Assembly: GCA_005880615.1 (NCBI GenBank)
Contig: VBID01000116.1
Coordinates: forward strand, 1,494 to 65,493
Direction of reading: 5' to 3'
DNA: 64,000 nt
Source of the DNA: Chloroflexota bacterium
GTDB taxonomy: Bacteria; Chloroflexota; Dormibacteria; CF-121
Shown: piece after piece, positions 52,228 to 61,067 of the stretch
How positions within the stretch are numbered: position 1 is the first letter of the stretch
How the letters are laid out: the number at the start of each line of letters is the position of its first letter
The notes under the pieces: generated by a model
Told to the model about the DNA's origin: nothing
The model's database searches: none
What the model saw: only the letters and a program-made list of their open reading frames with translations
Position numbers and translations under genes: made by a program

Positions 52228-52575
52228 ATGGCAACTGCCGTCCAACCAGAGACCCGCCGTGATGTCAGCATCTCCCTGGACAAGCCGATCTACACCATCA
52301 GCGTCGCGTCGGAGATCCTGGAAACGCATCCCCGGACGCTCATGATGTACGAGCACCTCGGCCTGGTGGTACCCAAGCGGACGTCCACCAACCGGCGCCG
52401 CTTCTCCCAGCGGGACGTCATGAAATTGCAGACCATCCAGAAGCTGACCCGGCACCACTCGGTCAACCTGGCCGGCGTGCGCTACATCCTGAAGCTACTC
52501 AAGCTGCTGCACGAGAACCGGATTGCCCCGCCGGTCGAGCTCAAAGACATCGACGTGTCCCGGCTGGAAGTCTAG
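52228..52575 (+). CDS. MerR-family regulator, HspR-like, paralog 4
   Basis: Start at MATAVQPETRR with AAGGAG 11 nt upstream. DKPIYTISVASEILETHPRTLMMYEHLGLVVPKRTSTNRRRFSQRDVMKLQTIQKLTRHHSVNLAGVRYIL. Confidence 0.75.
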   Translation: MATAVQPETRRDVSISLDKPIYTISVASEILETHPRTLMMYEHLGLVVPKRTSTNRRRFSQRDVMKLQTIQKLTRHHSVNLAGVRYILKLLKLLHENRIAPPVELKDIDVSRLEV

Positions 52576-52793
52576 GGCCGGCACTCAGGCGTTGACCGAC
52601 AATATGACTCCGGGGGTGTTGACAAGTCTCTCCACCGCCGCTAAACTTAACTTTGTTTCAACCTGCCCCCCTCTTCGGGCCCTCCTCGCCGGAGGGCCTT
52701 TTTTCTGTACTGCGGGTTGATAGGGGGCATATCATTAAAAGTCAGCCACAGCCGAAGCGGCGCGGCGGACCTGCGGCCCAGGCCGACGAGGAC

Positions 52794-53162
52794 GTGGTCG
52801 AGGTGCTGCTGGTGGAAGACGACCAATCCGTGCTGGAGATGTACCGGTTGAAGCTGGAACTCGATGGCTACCGGGTGAGCACCGCGACCGACGGGGAGGA
52901 GGGGCTGAGCAAGGCGGAGACGCTGCGACCCGACATCATCTTCCTGGACATCCGGCTCCCCAAGATGGACGGGTTCGAAGTCCTGCGCCGGCTGCGTGGC
53001 CAGGAAGCGACCAAGGAAATACCGGTTATCATCCTTTCGAACTATGGGGAGGACGACCTGGTGGCCCGCGGTTTGCGGCTTGGCGCGCACGAGTACCTGA
53101 TCAAGGCGCGCACCACGCCCAGCAGTCTGTCGGAGGGAATCGACGATTGGCTAAGGGAGTAA
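52794..53162 (+). CDS. Orphan single-domain response regulator (receiver only), paired with MerR paralog 5
   Basis: About 70% identical to the receiver at 47338..47727 (VLLVEDDQSVLEMYRLKLELDGYRV...IIFLDIRLPKMDGFEVL...VIILSNYGE). Start uncertain; GTG at ~52794 assumed. Confidence 0.65.
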   Translation: MVEVLLVEDDQSVLEMYRLKLELDGYRVSTATDGEEGLSKAETLRPDIIFLDIRLPKMDGFEVLRRLRGQEATKEIPVIILSNYGEDDLVARGLRLGAHEYLIKARTTPSSLSEGIDDWLRE

Positions 53163-53497
53163 CCACCCGCCGCGCCCCGGCCGAGGCCAGCCTGTCCCTG
53201 GACAAGCCCATCTACACCATCAGCGTGGCGTCCGAAATCCTGCAAACGCATCCCCGGACGTTGATGATGTACGAGCACCTGGGGCTGGTGATTCCCAAGC
53301 GAACCTCGACCAACCGGCGCCGGTTTTCGCAGCGCGACATCCGCAAGCTGCAGGCCATCCAGACGCTGACCCGGGTGCACGGCGTTAATCTGAACGGCGC
53401 TCGCTACATCCTGCGGCTGCTGCGCATCCTGCAGGACAACGGGCTGACCGGGCCCTCGGAATTGCGCGACCTCGACGTCCGCGAACTCGACGTATAG
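53147..53497 (+). CDS. MerR-family regulator, HspR-like, paralog 5 (overlaps the receiver gene end by 16 nt)
   Basis: TTG start assumed. LDKPIYTISVASEILQTHPRTLMMYEHLGLVIPKRTSTNRRRFSQRDIRKLQAIQTLTRVHGVNLNGARYIL. Confidence 0.7.
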   Translation: MAKGVTTRRAPAEASLSLDKPIYTISVASEILQTHPRTLMMYEHLGLVIPKRTSTNRRRFSQRDIRKLQAIQTLTRVHGVNLNGARYILRLLRILQDNGLTGPSELRDLDVRELDV

Positions 53498-53532
53498 CCG
53501 GGATCGGGGCCAGCCCCGAATCGGGCTCAGCC
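53495..53532. repeat. Remnant related to the MITE terminal repeats (TAGCCGGGATC + palindrome AGCCCCGAATCGGGCT)
   Basis: Begins with the TAG stop of MerR paralog 5. It resembles the element's 3' TIR, followed by a hairpin like the one in the 5' module of copy A. Confidence 0.4.
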
Positions 53533-53624
53533 GGAGTTCAGCGTAACGGCCGACTGACGAGGCTGCCACGCGTTGGTGCTCGCAAGGTTTCGGCTGAGAT
53601 GGGCGGCTACCGTAGAGACTACCA

Positions 53625-54113
53625 ATGACCTTTCGGCCAGATAGCCCGCTGAACCGGCTCATCCTGCTCTGGCCCGGCGTCCCGATCGCCGCCTGCGCCC
53701 TGGGATACGTGCTGGCCACCATCGAGATCAGCCGGACCCGCGAATCCTCGTTCGCTGCGCTGGCGATCGCCATGGGGTGCGGCCTGGCGTTAAGCCTGGG
53801 CCTCCTCTTTCATACCTTCTTTATCGCCTGGCTGGAAGTCACGGTGCGACCGGAGGGAATCGGATTCCGGCCCATCGGCTTCGCCTGGCTCGGCCGGCAG
53901 CCAAAGCTCGTGCCCTGGTCGTTGATCCAGGCCACCCGGGAAGTCGTAACCCGGGATGGCGGCCACCTGACCATCGCGGCCACCACCGAGGTGTTCCAGG
54001 TGCCTCGGGCACTCTTCCGCGAGGACACCTACGTGGAGCTGGTGCGGGCGCTCAGTCGAGCGGACCTGACCAGCGGCGACCAGCCCAGCTCATCCATCCG
54101 GGCCGCGGCTTAG
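53625..54113 (+). CDS. Hypothetical membrane protein (two N-terminal TM helices plus a soluble domain)
   Basis: 162-aa ORF. No recognisable domain. Confidence 0.4.
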   Translation: MTFRPDSPLNRLILLWPGVPIAACALGYVLATIEISRTRESSFAALAIAMGCGLALSLGLLFHTFFIAWLEVTVRPEGIGFRPIGFAWLGRQPKLVPWSLIQATREVVTRDGGHLTIAATTEVFQVPRALFREDTYVELVRALSRADLTSGDQPSSSIRAAA

Positions 54114-54160
54114 CCCTACGGTTCGCTTCCCTGGGTCGAGGCTCCAGCCTCGCGAAATGC

Positions 54161-54204
54161 CCCCACCCTACCCTCCCCGCAAGGGCAAGGGGGAGGGAGA
54201 TTCA
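54161..54204. repeat. REP-like palindromic element, copy 6 (GCAAGG duplicated in the loop region)
   Basis: CCCCCACCCTACCCTCCCCGCAAGGGCAAGGGGGAGGGAGATTC. Confidence 0.75.
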
Positions 54205-54207
54205 GAC

Positions 54208-54840
54208 TTACGAGCTGGACGGCACCCGGTAGTAGACCCGCGCGGAGTACACGCCGGTCTCATAGGGCCCGTAGCGGCGGGCCAGGGTGGTGCGGTCGCC
54301 GTACCAGGGATCGTTGATCAGGAAGTCCGGTCCGGCCGACCCGGTGAGGACCACGAAGTGCATGTTGCCGTGCAGACGCACCTCCACTATCACCAGGTTG
54401 CCCGCGCCCAGCTCCTGCCGGATTACCGCTGGCGGCGGCCGGTCGCTGCTGTCCTGGTCGTCCCAACGGAGCTGGGGAACGATGCCGGGGATGTGGATCC
54501 ATTTGAGCCGCACGCTGCCGGCTGTCGGGCCCATGGCCGTCCGCCAGAGGATGGCGTCATTTTCGACGTAGCCGCCGTGCTCGGTCAGCCACTGGTTCAG
54601 CAGATGGGGATTGGTCTGGTAGCCGAAGGCGGCCTGAACCATGGTCACGGCGGTCAGCGCGCAACCCGAGGAGCCGATCGTATCGATGGGATCCGTGCCG
54701 AGGGGCTCGTGCGCCCACACCGGCGAGCGCTGGGTGAACACGGGGACGGCGCTGGTCCCAGCCAGCGCGGGCACCGATCCGCCGGCCCCCGCCGCCACCG
54801 CCAGCAGGCTGCACGCGGCTCGCACCAACGCCCTCCTCAC
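54208..54840 (-). CDS. Secreted peptidase C39-like (papain-fold cysteine peptidase) domain protein
   Basis: Signal peptide. GSSGCALTAVTM catalytic-Cys context and a downstream His (HGNMHFVV) are typical of C39-like domains. Confidence 0.5.
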   Translation of the reverse strand: MRRALVRAACSLLAVAAGAGGSVPALAGTSAVPVFTQRSPVWAHEPLGTDPIDTIGSSGCALTAVTMVQAAFGYQTNPHLLNQWLTEHGGYVENDAILWRTAMGPTAGSVRLKWIHIPGIVPQLRWDDQDSSDRPPPAVIRQELGAGNLVIVEVRLHGNMHFVVLTGSAGPDFLINDPWYGDRTTLARRYGPYETGVYSARVYYRVPSSS

Positions 54841-54940
54841 GGCGCCATCGTACGGAGTGCGGGGGCCGAAGTCCAGCGGTGCCGCTGGGCGCTTTGGTCC
54901 GTTACGAGATCGTCACCGTCCGGCTGGGCCGGTTCCCCGG

Positions 54941-55264
54941 TTAGCGGGTCAGCAGGCTCTTGAGGTCGCCGGCATGGCCGGCCAGGGCCAGCCGGACATC
55001 GAGGACGTCATCGACGCCGATGGCCGGGTCGTCGGAGAGGGGTTGATCGAGGACGGGTACGGACTCCCCCACCCAGGCCGCCGCCTGGACCACCACCAGC
55101 CGACTGGCCTCGCATTGGCCACAAGTGATGCGGACCACGGACTCGTGGTCGGTGGACGAGACCAGGTCAAGCTCACAGTCGGCCAGGCTCTGGCCGCAGC
55201 TCGGACACTGATACCGGGCGGCCTGGCGGCGCAGGACTTCCAGAAGATCCACGGCTTGATTCAT
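54941..55264 (-). CDS. Hypothetical zinc-ribbon protein (107 aa)
   Basis: CPSC...CGQC pair of CxxC motifs. Confidence 0.4.
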   Translation of the reverse strand: MNQAVDLLEVLRRQAARYQCPSCGQSLADCELDLVSSTDHESVVRITCGQCEASRLVVVQAAAWVGESVPVLDQPLSDDPAIGVDDVLDVRLALAGHAGDLKSLLTR

Positions 55265-55373
55265 ACCCCGATCGCGCGGACCCCAAAACGGCCACCTGAT
55301 AGCAGGCTGCGCAGCTTATGGGGGCACGCCGGCGGCTTGTTGCCACCGGCAAAGGTCGCGATACTCGGCCGGG

Positions 55374-57017
55374 ATGAGGGGCCCGCTGGTGCGCTTCGGA
55401 ATCGTGGCCGGCGGCCTGCTCGTCGGCGGTCTGCTCTTCATCCGGTTGAGCGCGCCCACGGTCGCGGTGCAGGCGGTGGAGCTCGACGGCCAGCGTGTTC
55501 TGCCGCGGGGCGCCGCGGAGGTGTCGCCTACCCCCCGTCTGCATGTGGCCCTCAGCCGGCAGCTGGCGGCCCAGGACTGGCATATCCGTCTCGATGGCCA
55601 CATGGTGTCGATCCCGATGGCGGGCGGGCCGGCCCGCTTCCTCGACCTGGCCCTGCCCGGCCCGCTGGGCCTGGGTACCAGCCACCGGCTGCGGATCGAG
55701 ACCGGCTCCAGGCCGATCGACGTGGCGTTCCGGGTGGTCGGGCCGCTGCAAGCGAGCGTCGAGATGCGCTTTGGGCCGCTCGCCATCCAGACGGTGCCCA
55801 TCATTCGGACGCGGATCCACTTCTCGCGTCCGATTTTCGATCAGGCGTCGGCGCAGGAGCACGTGCGGGTGACCCGCGGGATGTCCGCGTACAGCTGGGT
55901 CGACGCCAGCACGCTGGAGATCGTCTCCACCGGACTGTCGCTGGGCACGTCGGAGGTCGTGATGCTGGACTCCGGGATTGTCGCTGCCGACCAATCGTTC
56001 ACAGCCGGCTTTGCCAGCGCCGGCCTGGCCATCCCCTCCACCCTGAGCGTCGTGACGCCGGACCGGGTGGTGCAGACGTATTACGTCAACACGCCCGAGG
56101 CCAAGGCGTCGTTCCTGGCGCACGCCAACCAGATCGACGTCCTGAGCCCGAGCTGGTACGACGCCAACGCGGATGGCAGTATCACCGGGTCCGCCCGGCA
56201 GGGGATTATCGACGCGGCCCATGCCCGCGGGGTCCAGATCGTGCCGCTCGTAGTCAACGCGGACGTGGATCCGGACGTGGCCCACGCCATCCTGGCCGAC
56301 CCCGCTCGGCGGGCGGCCCTCGCTACCCGGTTGGTGGCGGAGGCACGGACTTACGGATACGCCGGATTTCAGCTGGACTTCGAGCAGGTCCGCTGGACCG
56401 ATCGGGACCTGCTGACCGCGTTGGTGCAGGACTGCGCTAAGGTCTTCCGCCCGGCCGGGCTCAGCCTGTCGGTCGCCGTCATCCCCCGGCTCCCCGGCGA
56501 CGAGAATGCCACGGGCGCGGCCCTCGACTATTACCAGTCGTGGTCAGGCGCTTACGACTTTCCGGCCCTGGCGCGAGCGGCGGACTACCTCTCGGTCATG
56601 ACCTACGACGAGCACAATGGCGTGACCCTGGCGGGACCGGTCTCGGGGATCCCCTGGATGCGCCAGGCGCTGGACTACACGCTCCGGGATGTGCCGCCCG
56701 GCAAGGCGATGCTGGGGCTGCCCACCTACTATCACGACTGGACCGGAGTGGGCTACCTGACCTCCAGCTCATACGCCGATGCGCTGATCCTCGCCGGCCG
56801 CTACCACGCCACGCCGACCCTCGATCCCACCGAGGATGAGATGCATTTCAGCTACGTGACCCGGTGGGGCGTGCATCACGAGCTCTGGTTCGAGAGCGGA
56901 GACACGCTCCGACAGAAGCTGCCCTTGCTGTACGAGTATCAGCTGCGGGGGGTCAGCGTCTGGCGGCTCGGCTTCGAAGACCCGGCCTTCTGGGACCTGA
57001 TGGTCCCCCGCCGCTGA
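55374..57017 (+). CDS. Secreted glycoside hydrolase family 18-like protein (YaaH/chitinase-like) with an N-terminal Ig-like region
   Basis: GTG start plus a TM/signal segment. The GH18 catalytic block YAGFQLDFEQV (DxxDxDxE-type), plus MTYDEH and LGLPTYY motifs. Confidence 0.65.
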   Translation: MRGPLVRFGIVAGGLLVGGLLFIRLSAPTVAVQAVELDGQRVLPRGAAEVSPTPRLHVALSRQLAAQDWHIRLDGHMVSIPMAGGPARFLDLALPGPLGLGTSHRLRIETGSRPIDVAFRVVGPLQASVEMRFGPLAIQTVPIIRTRIHFSRPIFDQASAQEHVRVTRGMSAYSWVDASTLEIVSTGLSLGTSEVVMLDSGIVAADQSFTAGFASAGLAIPSTLSVVTPDRVVQTYYVNTPEAKASFLAHANQIDVLSPSWYDANADGSITGSARQGIIDAAHARGVQIVPLVVNADVDPDVAHAILADPARRAALATRLVAEARTYGYAGFQLDFEQVRWTDRDLLTALVQDCAKVFRPAGLSLSVAVIPRLPGDENATGAALDYYQSWSGAYDFPALARAADYLSVMTYDEHNGVTLAGPVSGIPWMRQALDYTLRDVPPGKAMLGLPTYYHDWTGVGYLTSSSYADALILAGRYHATPTLDPTEDEMHFSYVTRWGVHHELWFESGDTLRQKLPLLYEYQLRGVSVWRLGFEDPAFWDLMVPRR

Positions 57018-58498
57018 CGCTGGGCTGCGAAGAGCCGGTCGTATAACTCGGCTTGCCGCTTCATGGCTGCGGCGTAAGCCCGCCGGGAGGTGGGTTGCGG
57101 ATGAAAGGTGCGCCCCACTCGGGGCTGGTCGCGCCAGAGTGCGGGTCGCCGGCCCAGCGCGTAGAGCGCGAGCAAAGCGGCCCCGCGGCTGGAGGCTTCG
57201 GGCTCCGCGGACGCGCTGACCGGCACGTCCAGCACATCGGCCAGCATCTGCATCCAGGTGTTCGAATGCAGCAGCTGGCCCCCGGTGGCGATCACCCGGC
57301 GAGGCCGGCGGGTGCTTTCGCGCAGGGCCCCGTAGACGTGGCCGATCTGAAAGCTGATGCCTTCCATGGCGGCCCGCAGGACGTCCTCCGGCCGGGTGCT
57401 GAGGGACAGCCCGCTGATCACGCCGAGAACGTCGCCCCGCCAGTTCGGACTGCGCTCGCCGGCCCAGAAGGGCAGGACGGTCAGGCCGTGGCCGTCGGCG
57501 GGGATGGTTCGCACCGCGGCTTCAGCCTCGGCCCGCTTCTTGAAGCCGAGGAGTTTGTGCAGCCAGCGGATGACATTGCCGCCCTCGCTGAGGGCGCCCC
57601 CCAGCACAAACCGGCGGCGGTCGAGCCGGTATGCGAAAGCCCCCCAGGGCACCTCCACGTCGGGCGTCTCCAGCACCAGGCGCAGCGCCGACGAGGTGCC
57701 GACCATGGCGCATAGCCACTCCGGCTTTAGGCAGCCGGCCCCTACATTGCTCAGGGCGCCGTCGCCCAGAGGCAGATACCAGGGCAGGTCAGCCAGTCGG
57801 GGCCAGCGCCGGGCATAGGCAGGCCGGAGGCCAGTGCTTGGGGTGTCCCAATCGGCGATTGGCGAGAGGGCGGTGCCGCGGATCCCCGCGAGGCGCAGCG
57901 CCTGGGCGTCCCAGCGGCAGCGGTGCACATCCAGGAGCCCGGTGCCGGAGGCGATCGACAGGCTGACCGGAGCCGTCCCGAAGAACCGGCCGTAGAGGTA
58001 CTCGGCCAGCGAGACCCAGCGCACGGTCTTGCCGAACGCCACCGGCCGGGTGGCCTTCAGCCAGCGCAGCTTGGCCGGCCAGAAGCTGGCGTGGAAGTAG
58101 CAGCCGGTCCGGCGATGGTAGGCGCGCTCGTCGTGCGACGCGCGCAACGCCGCCGCCGCGGGCTGGCTGCGGGTGTCGGCCCAGGTCAGCAGCTCCGTGG
58201 TGGGACGACCGGCGCGGTCGACGCCCATGAGGCTGTGCCAGTAGCACGACGCCGCCACTGCCGTGATGGAGAGCTTTTCCTTTTTGGCGGCCTTCACGGC
58301 GGTGTCGATGGCGCCTACGATCAGAGCGACGAGCTGGTCGGCATCGGAGCTGGCCTGGCCAGGCATCGACGTATCCAGCTGGTAGGGGACCTCGGCGAAG
58401 GTCGGGTCCACCAGCCGCCCGCGCTGGTCATAGACCACCGCCCGTACCGAGGAGGTCCCCAGGTCGAGCGCCAGGACACCGATCTGGGCGCGAGTCAT
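56939..58498 (-). CDS. FGGY-family carbohydrate kinase (gluconokinase/xylulokinase-like)
   Basis: N-terminal LALDLGTSSVRAVVYD and the FGGY C-terminal ATPase motifs. 519 aa. Convergent 3' overlap with the GH18 gene. Confidence 0.8.
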   Translation of the reverse strand: MTRAQIGVLALDLGTSSVRAVVYDQRGRLVDPTFAEVPYQLDTSMPGQASSDADQLVALIVGAIDTAVKAAKKEKLSITAVAASCYWHSLMGVDRAGRPTTELLTWADTRSQPAAAALRASHDERAYHRRTGCYFHASFWPAKLRWLKATRPVAFGKTVRWVSLAEYLYGRFFGTAPVSLSIASGTGLLDVHRCRWDAQALRLAGIRGTALSPIADWDTPSTGLRPAYARRWPRLADLPWYLPLGDGALSNVGAGCLKPEWLCAMVGTSSALRLVLETPDVEVPWGAFAYRLDRRRFVLGGALSEGGNVIRWLHKLLGFKKRAEAEAAVRTIPADGHGLTVLPFWAGERSPNWRGDVLGVISGLSLSTRPEDVLRAAMEGISFQIGHVYGALRESTRRPRRVIATGGQLLHSNTWMQMLADVLDVPVSASAEPEASSRGAALLALYALGRRPALWRDQPRVGRTFHPQPTSRRAYAAAMKRQAELYDRLFAAQRQRRGTIRSQKAGSSKPSRQTLTPRS

Positions 58499-58508
58499 CG
58501 GGTCACCA

Positions 58509-58817
58509 GTGGGGAGCGTACCCTACGACTCAATGTCCACCGAGCGGCTCGAGCCGGACGAAACCCGCAAGCTCCTGAAGGGGTTCGGGGTGATGGTGAC
58601 GGAATACCAGGCCAGCACGCGTCGCCTGCTCGAGCGCCGGGCCGCGGCGGACACGGCCGAAGCCGAGGAGACCATCCGGCGGGAGGCGGCCGAGCTGAGC
58701 GCCGAGCTCAACCGCGCGCTGCGCGATATCACCAATCACGTGCTGCAGTTGCAAAGCGACTTCTTGATGGAGCTGGTCGCCCGCCAGCCGGCGGGCGACC
58801 AGTCCGGGGAAGTCTAA
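58509..58817 (+). CDS. Hypothetical small helical protein
   Basis: 102-aa ORF (possible start at MSTERLEPDE). No recognisable domain. Confidence 0.35.
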   Translation: MGSVPYDSMSTERLEPDETRKLLKGFGVMVTEYQASTRRLLERRAAADTAEAEETIRREAAELSAELNRALRDITNHVLQLQSDFLMELVARQPAGDQSGEV

Positions 58818-59800
58818 GCCGCAGGCGGAGTCGAGGGCGCCGGTGGCCCGGATGCAGCCGAGGGCGTGGTAGAGCTCACCGGCAGCAGGGGCGCCCCCGG
58901 CCCCTGGGTTCCGAATCGCGACAGGAGGGCCGCCCCCAGGGCGACGCTGCCGCCGATCAGCAGGACGAGGATGTTCAGCACCGGGATGTTCGCCAGGATC
59001 ACGACCAGCACTCCACCGATGAGAAGGGCGGGGACCAGCTCCTGCGGACGCTGCATGGAGTGCAGCAGCCGCTGGCCGATCAGCAGGAAGATGGCGGCCC
59101 AGCCGAAGAGCCAGGCGACCGTCATCACCCCCAGCACGACGAAGGGGAGGACCAGGGTGATCACCAGGAGGACGCTGAGCACGATGCCCGCGATGGTCCC
59201 CCCGCAGCCCAGGGCGAACGTTTCCACGGGTCGCCGCTCGACCACCGAGGCCGCCGTCTGCAGGTGGGTGGGGAAGAACAGCAGGATGATCAGGGCCAGC
59301 ACCAGGATGCCGAGCCCGGTCACCAGGCCAAACGCGAGATCCGAAAAACCGGTACGTCCGAAGGCGCTGCCCCAGTGCCGGAATACGCGCGGGTCAAATT
59401 GGCCGCGACCCTCCACGACGTTGCGCCCGACGAAGGCTCCGGGCATCCGGTTGAGCGAGCCGCCGGCAAACGAGACATCGCGGCCGACATAGGAGTTAGG
59501 CCCCAGCGTCAGCGTTCCGCCGACCACCGCCACGTCACGCTCGACCCGGCCGTTGACCACCACGTTGCCGCCGAAGGCCACCAGGTCCTGGGTCACGGTG
59601 CCATCGACCTCGATATTGCCGCCGAAGGCGACCAGATCGCCGTTGTGGGTTTCGCCCGCCGGGACGACGATGTTGCCGCCGAAGGTCACCTGATCGTTGC
59701 TGGTGCTGGTCGATTCGTCGGCGGCCGCGGCCGGGACGAGCGCCCCCAGGGCGAAGGCCGCCGCCATGGTGAAGGACAGAATGATGCGCTTGAGATTCAT
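58814..59800 (-). CDS. Secreted beta-helix repeat (bactofilin/DUF4097-like) protein with a C-terminal polytopic membrane domain
   Basis: Signal peptide. Repeats VAFGGNIEV / VAFGGNVVV / VVGGTLTL, then about 4 TM helices. Last gene of an ECF sigma / anti-sigma operon. Confidence 0.5.
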   Translation of the reverse strand: MNLKRIILSFTMAAAFALGALVPAAAADESTSTSNDQVTFGGNIVVPAGETHNGDLVAFGGNIEVDGTVTQDLVAFGGNVVVNGRVERDVAVVGGTLTLGPNSYVGRDVSFAGGSLNRMPGAFVGRNVVEGRGQFDPRVFRHWGSAFGRTGFSDLAFGLVTGLGILVLALIILLFFPTHLQTAASVVERRPVETFALGCGGTIAGIVLSVLLVITLVLPFVVLGVMTVAWLFGWAAIFLLIGQRLLHSMQRPQELVPALLIGGVLVVILANIPVLNILVLLIGGSVALGAALLSRFGTQGPGAPLLPVSSTTPSAASGPPAPSTPPAA

Positions 59801-60297
59801 CGAGTGACCCGCCTCCTCTGAAATGCGATGGATTGATACAGGCGGACCCAGAGCCCGCAGACGATGATGACGAGCACCGCGTACCCGGCAATGACCGCCG
59901 GCCGGTCGGCAAACAGGACCCGCGGCACCGCCAGGATGCCGTTCACGATGGTGGCGACGATGTCGAGCGCATTCGACGCGACGCCCAGCGGCTTGGCCAC
60001 GGTGGCGGGGGCCAGCCAGATGGTCAAGGCGGCGAGGACCGTGGCTACCACGAGAAGACCCGCGGCAGCGGCCAGACCCAGGCGCCAGGAGACCCGTGGC
60101 GCCCGCCAGCGTCGGAGCACCCCAGCGGCGATGGCGGCCGGCACTTCACGGACCTCGGGTCGGGCGGCGCGCAGCACCCCGGCCAGTGGATCGCCCTCCT
60201 CCAGGACGGCGAAGCAGGTGGCGCACTCGGCCAGGTGGGCCTCGGCCTCCACGTCCTCGCCGCTCCGAAGGCGCCGGCGCGCTTCCTCACACTGCAT
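59797..60297 (-). CDS. Anti-sigma factor, zf-HC2 type, membrane-spanning
   Basis: HLAECATC zinc-finger motif near the N-terminus and two TM helices. Overlaps neighbours by 4 and 11 nt. Confidence 0.7.
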   Translation of the reverse strand: MQCEEARRRLRSGEDVEAEAHLAECATCFAVLEEGDPLAGVLRAARPEVREVPAAIAAGVLRRWRAPRVSWRLGLAAAAGLLVVATVLAALTIWLAPATVAKPLGVASNALDIVATIVNGILAVPRVLFADRPAVIAGYAVLVIIVCGLWVRLYQSIAFQRRRVTR

Positions 60298-60820
60298 CGG
60301 TTGCCACCTCCCGGGTCAGGATTCCCGCCAGCGAGCGCCGAGCGCGCAGCAGGGCAACCTTGGCAGCACCCTCCGACATGCCGAGCAGCTGCGCAATGCG
60401 GTCGACCGGCTGGTCTTCCCAATAACGAAGCACCAGGAGCGTGCGGTCGCGGTTGGGCAGCCGGTTGACGGCGGCTTGCACCCGGGCCCGGTCCAGGCGG
60501 TCGAGGACGGTGCGCTCGACGTCCACCGACGAAGACGGCTCAACCAGGTCGGCCGCCGGGCGGCGCTGGCGAAGGACGTCGATGCTGTAGTGGCGGGCGA
60601 TGCCCGTGAGCCACCCGCCAAAGGGTTCGCTGGGGCGATACTGGTGCAGCCGCTGAAACGCCCGCAGGAACACTTCCTGGGTGGCATCCTCGGCGTCGGC
60701 CTGGTTTCCCAACATGCGGTAGGTCAGGGTGTACACGCTCATTTGATACCGAGCCAGGAGCCATTCGGGGCCGCGGCGGTCCCCCTGTCGGGTGAGATCG
60801 ACCGCTGCCTCATCGTCCAC
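60287..60820 (-). CDS. ECF sigma factor
   Basis: Region 2 (RYQMSVYTLTYRMLGNQADAEDATQEVFLRAF) and region 4 (DRIAQLLGMSEGAAKVALLRARR). Start trimmed to the GTG (MDDEAAVDL), because the longer ORF would overlap tRNA-Gln. Confidence 0.8.
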   Translation of the reverse strand: MDDEAAVDLTRQGDRRGPEWLLARYQMSVYTLTYRMLGNQADAEDATQEVFLRAFQRLHQYRPSEPFGGWLTGIARHYSIDVLRQRRPAADLVEPSSSVDVERTVLDRLDRARVQAAVNRLPNRDRTLLVLRYWEDQPVDRIAQLLGMSEGAAKVALLRARRSLAGILTREVATDAV

Positions 60821-60917
60821 TCGCTCTACCCCCTCTACGACGCCCCCGCCCAGCAGGTTACAGAAGCGGGATTTCCGCAGAACGTTTGGTAGACTGTGGC
60901 AGCCTGACCCGGCCCGC

Positions 60918-60993
60918 TGGGGCGTGGCCAAGCTGGTAAGGCGCCTGACTCTGGATCAGGTAATCCTAGGTTCGAATCCTAGCGCCCCAGCCA
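60918..60993 (+). tRNA. tRNA-Gln (anticodon CTG)
   Basis: TGGGGCGTGGCCAAGCTGGTAAGGCGCCTGACTCTGGATCAGGTAATCCTAGGTTCGAATCCTAGCGCCCCAGCCA. Co-linear with E. coli tRNA-Gln. Anticodon loop CTCTGGA, T-loop TTCGAAT, encoded CCA. Confidence 0.85.
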
Positions 60994-61067
60994 CTTCCTC
61001 AGGTCGGACCCGCCCGATCGGCCTTGATCGTCAGGGACTCTGATGCGCGGGGCTACAATGCCGGTCG

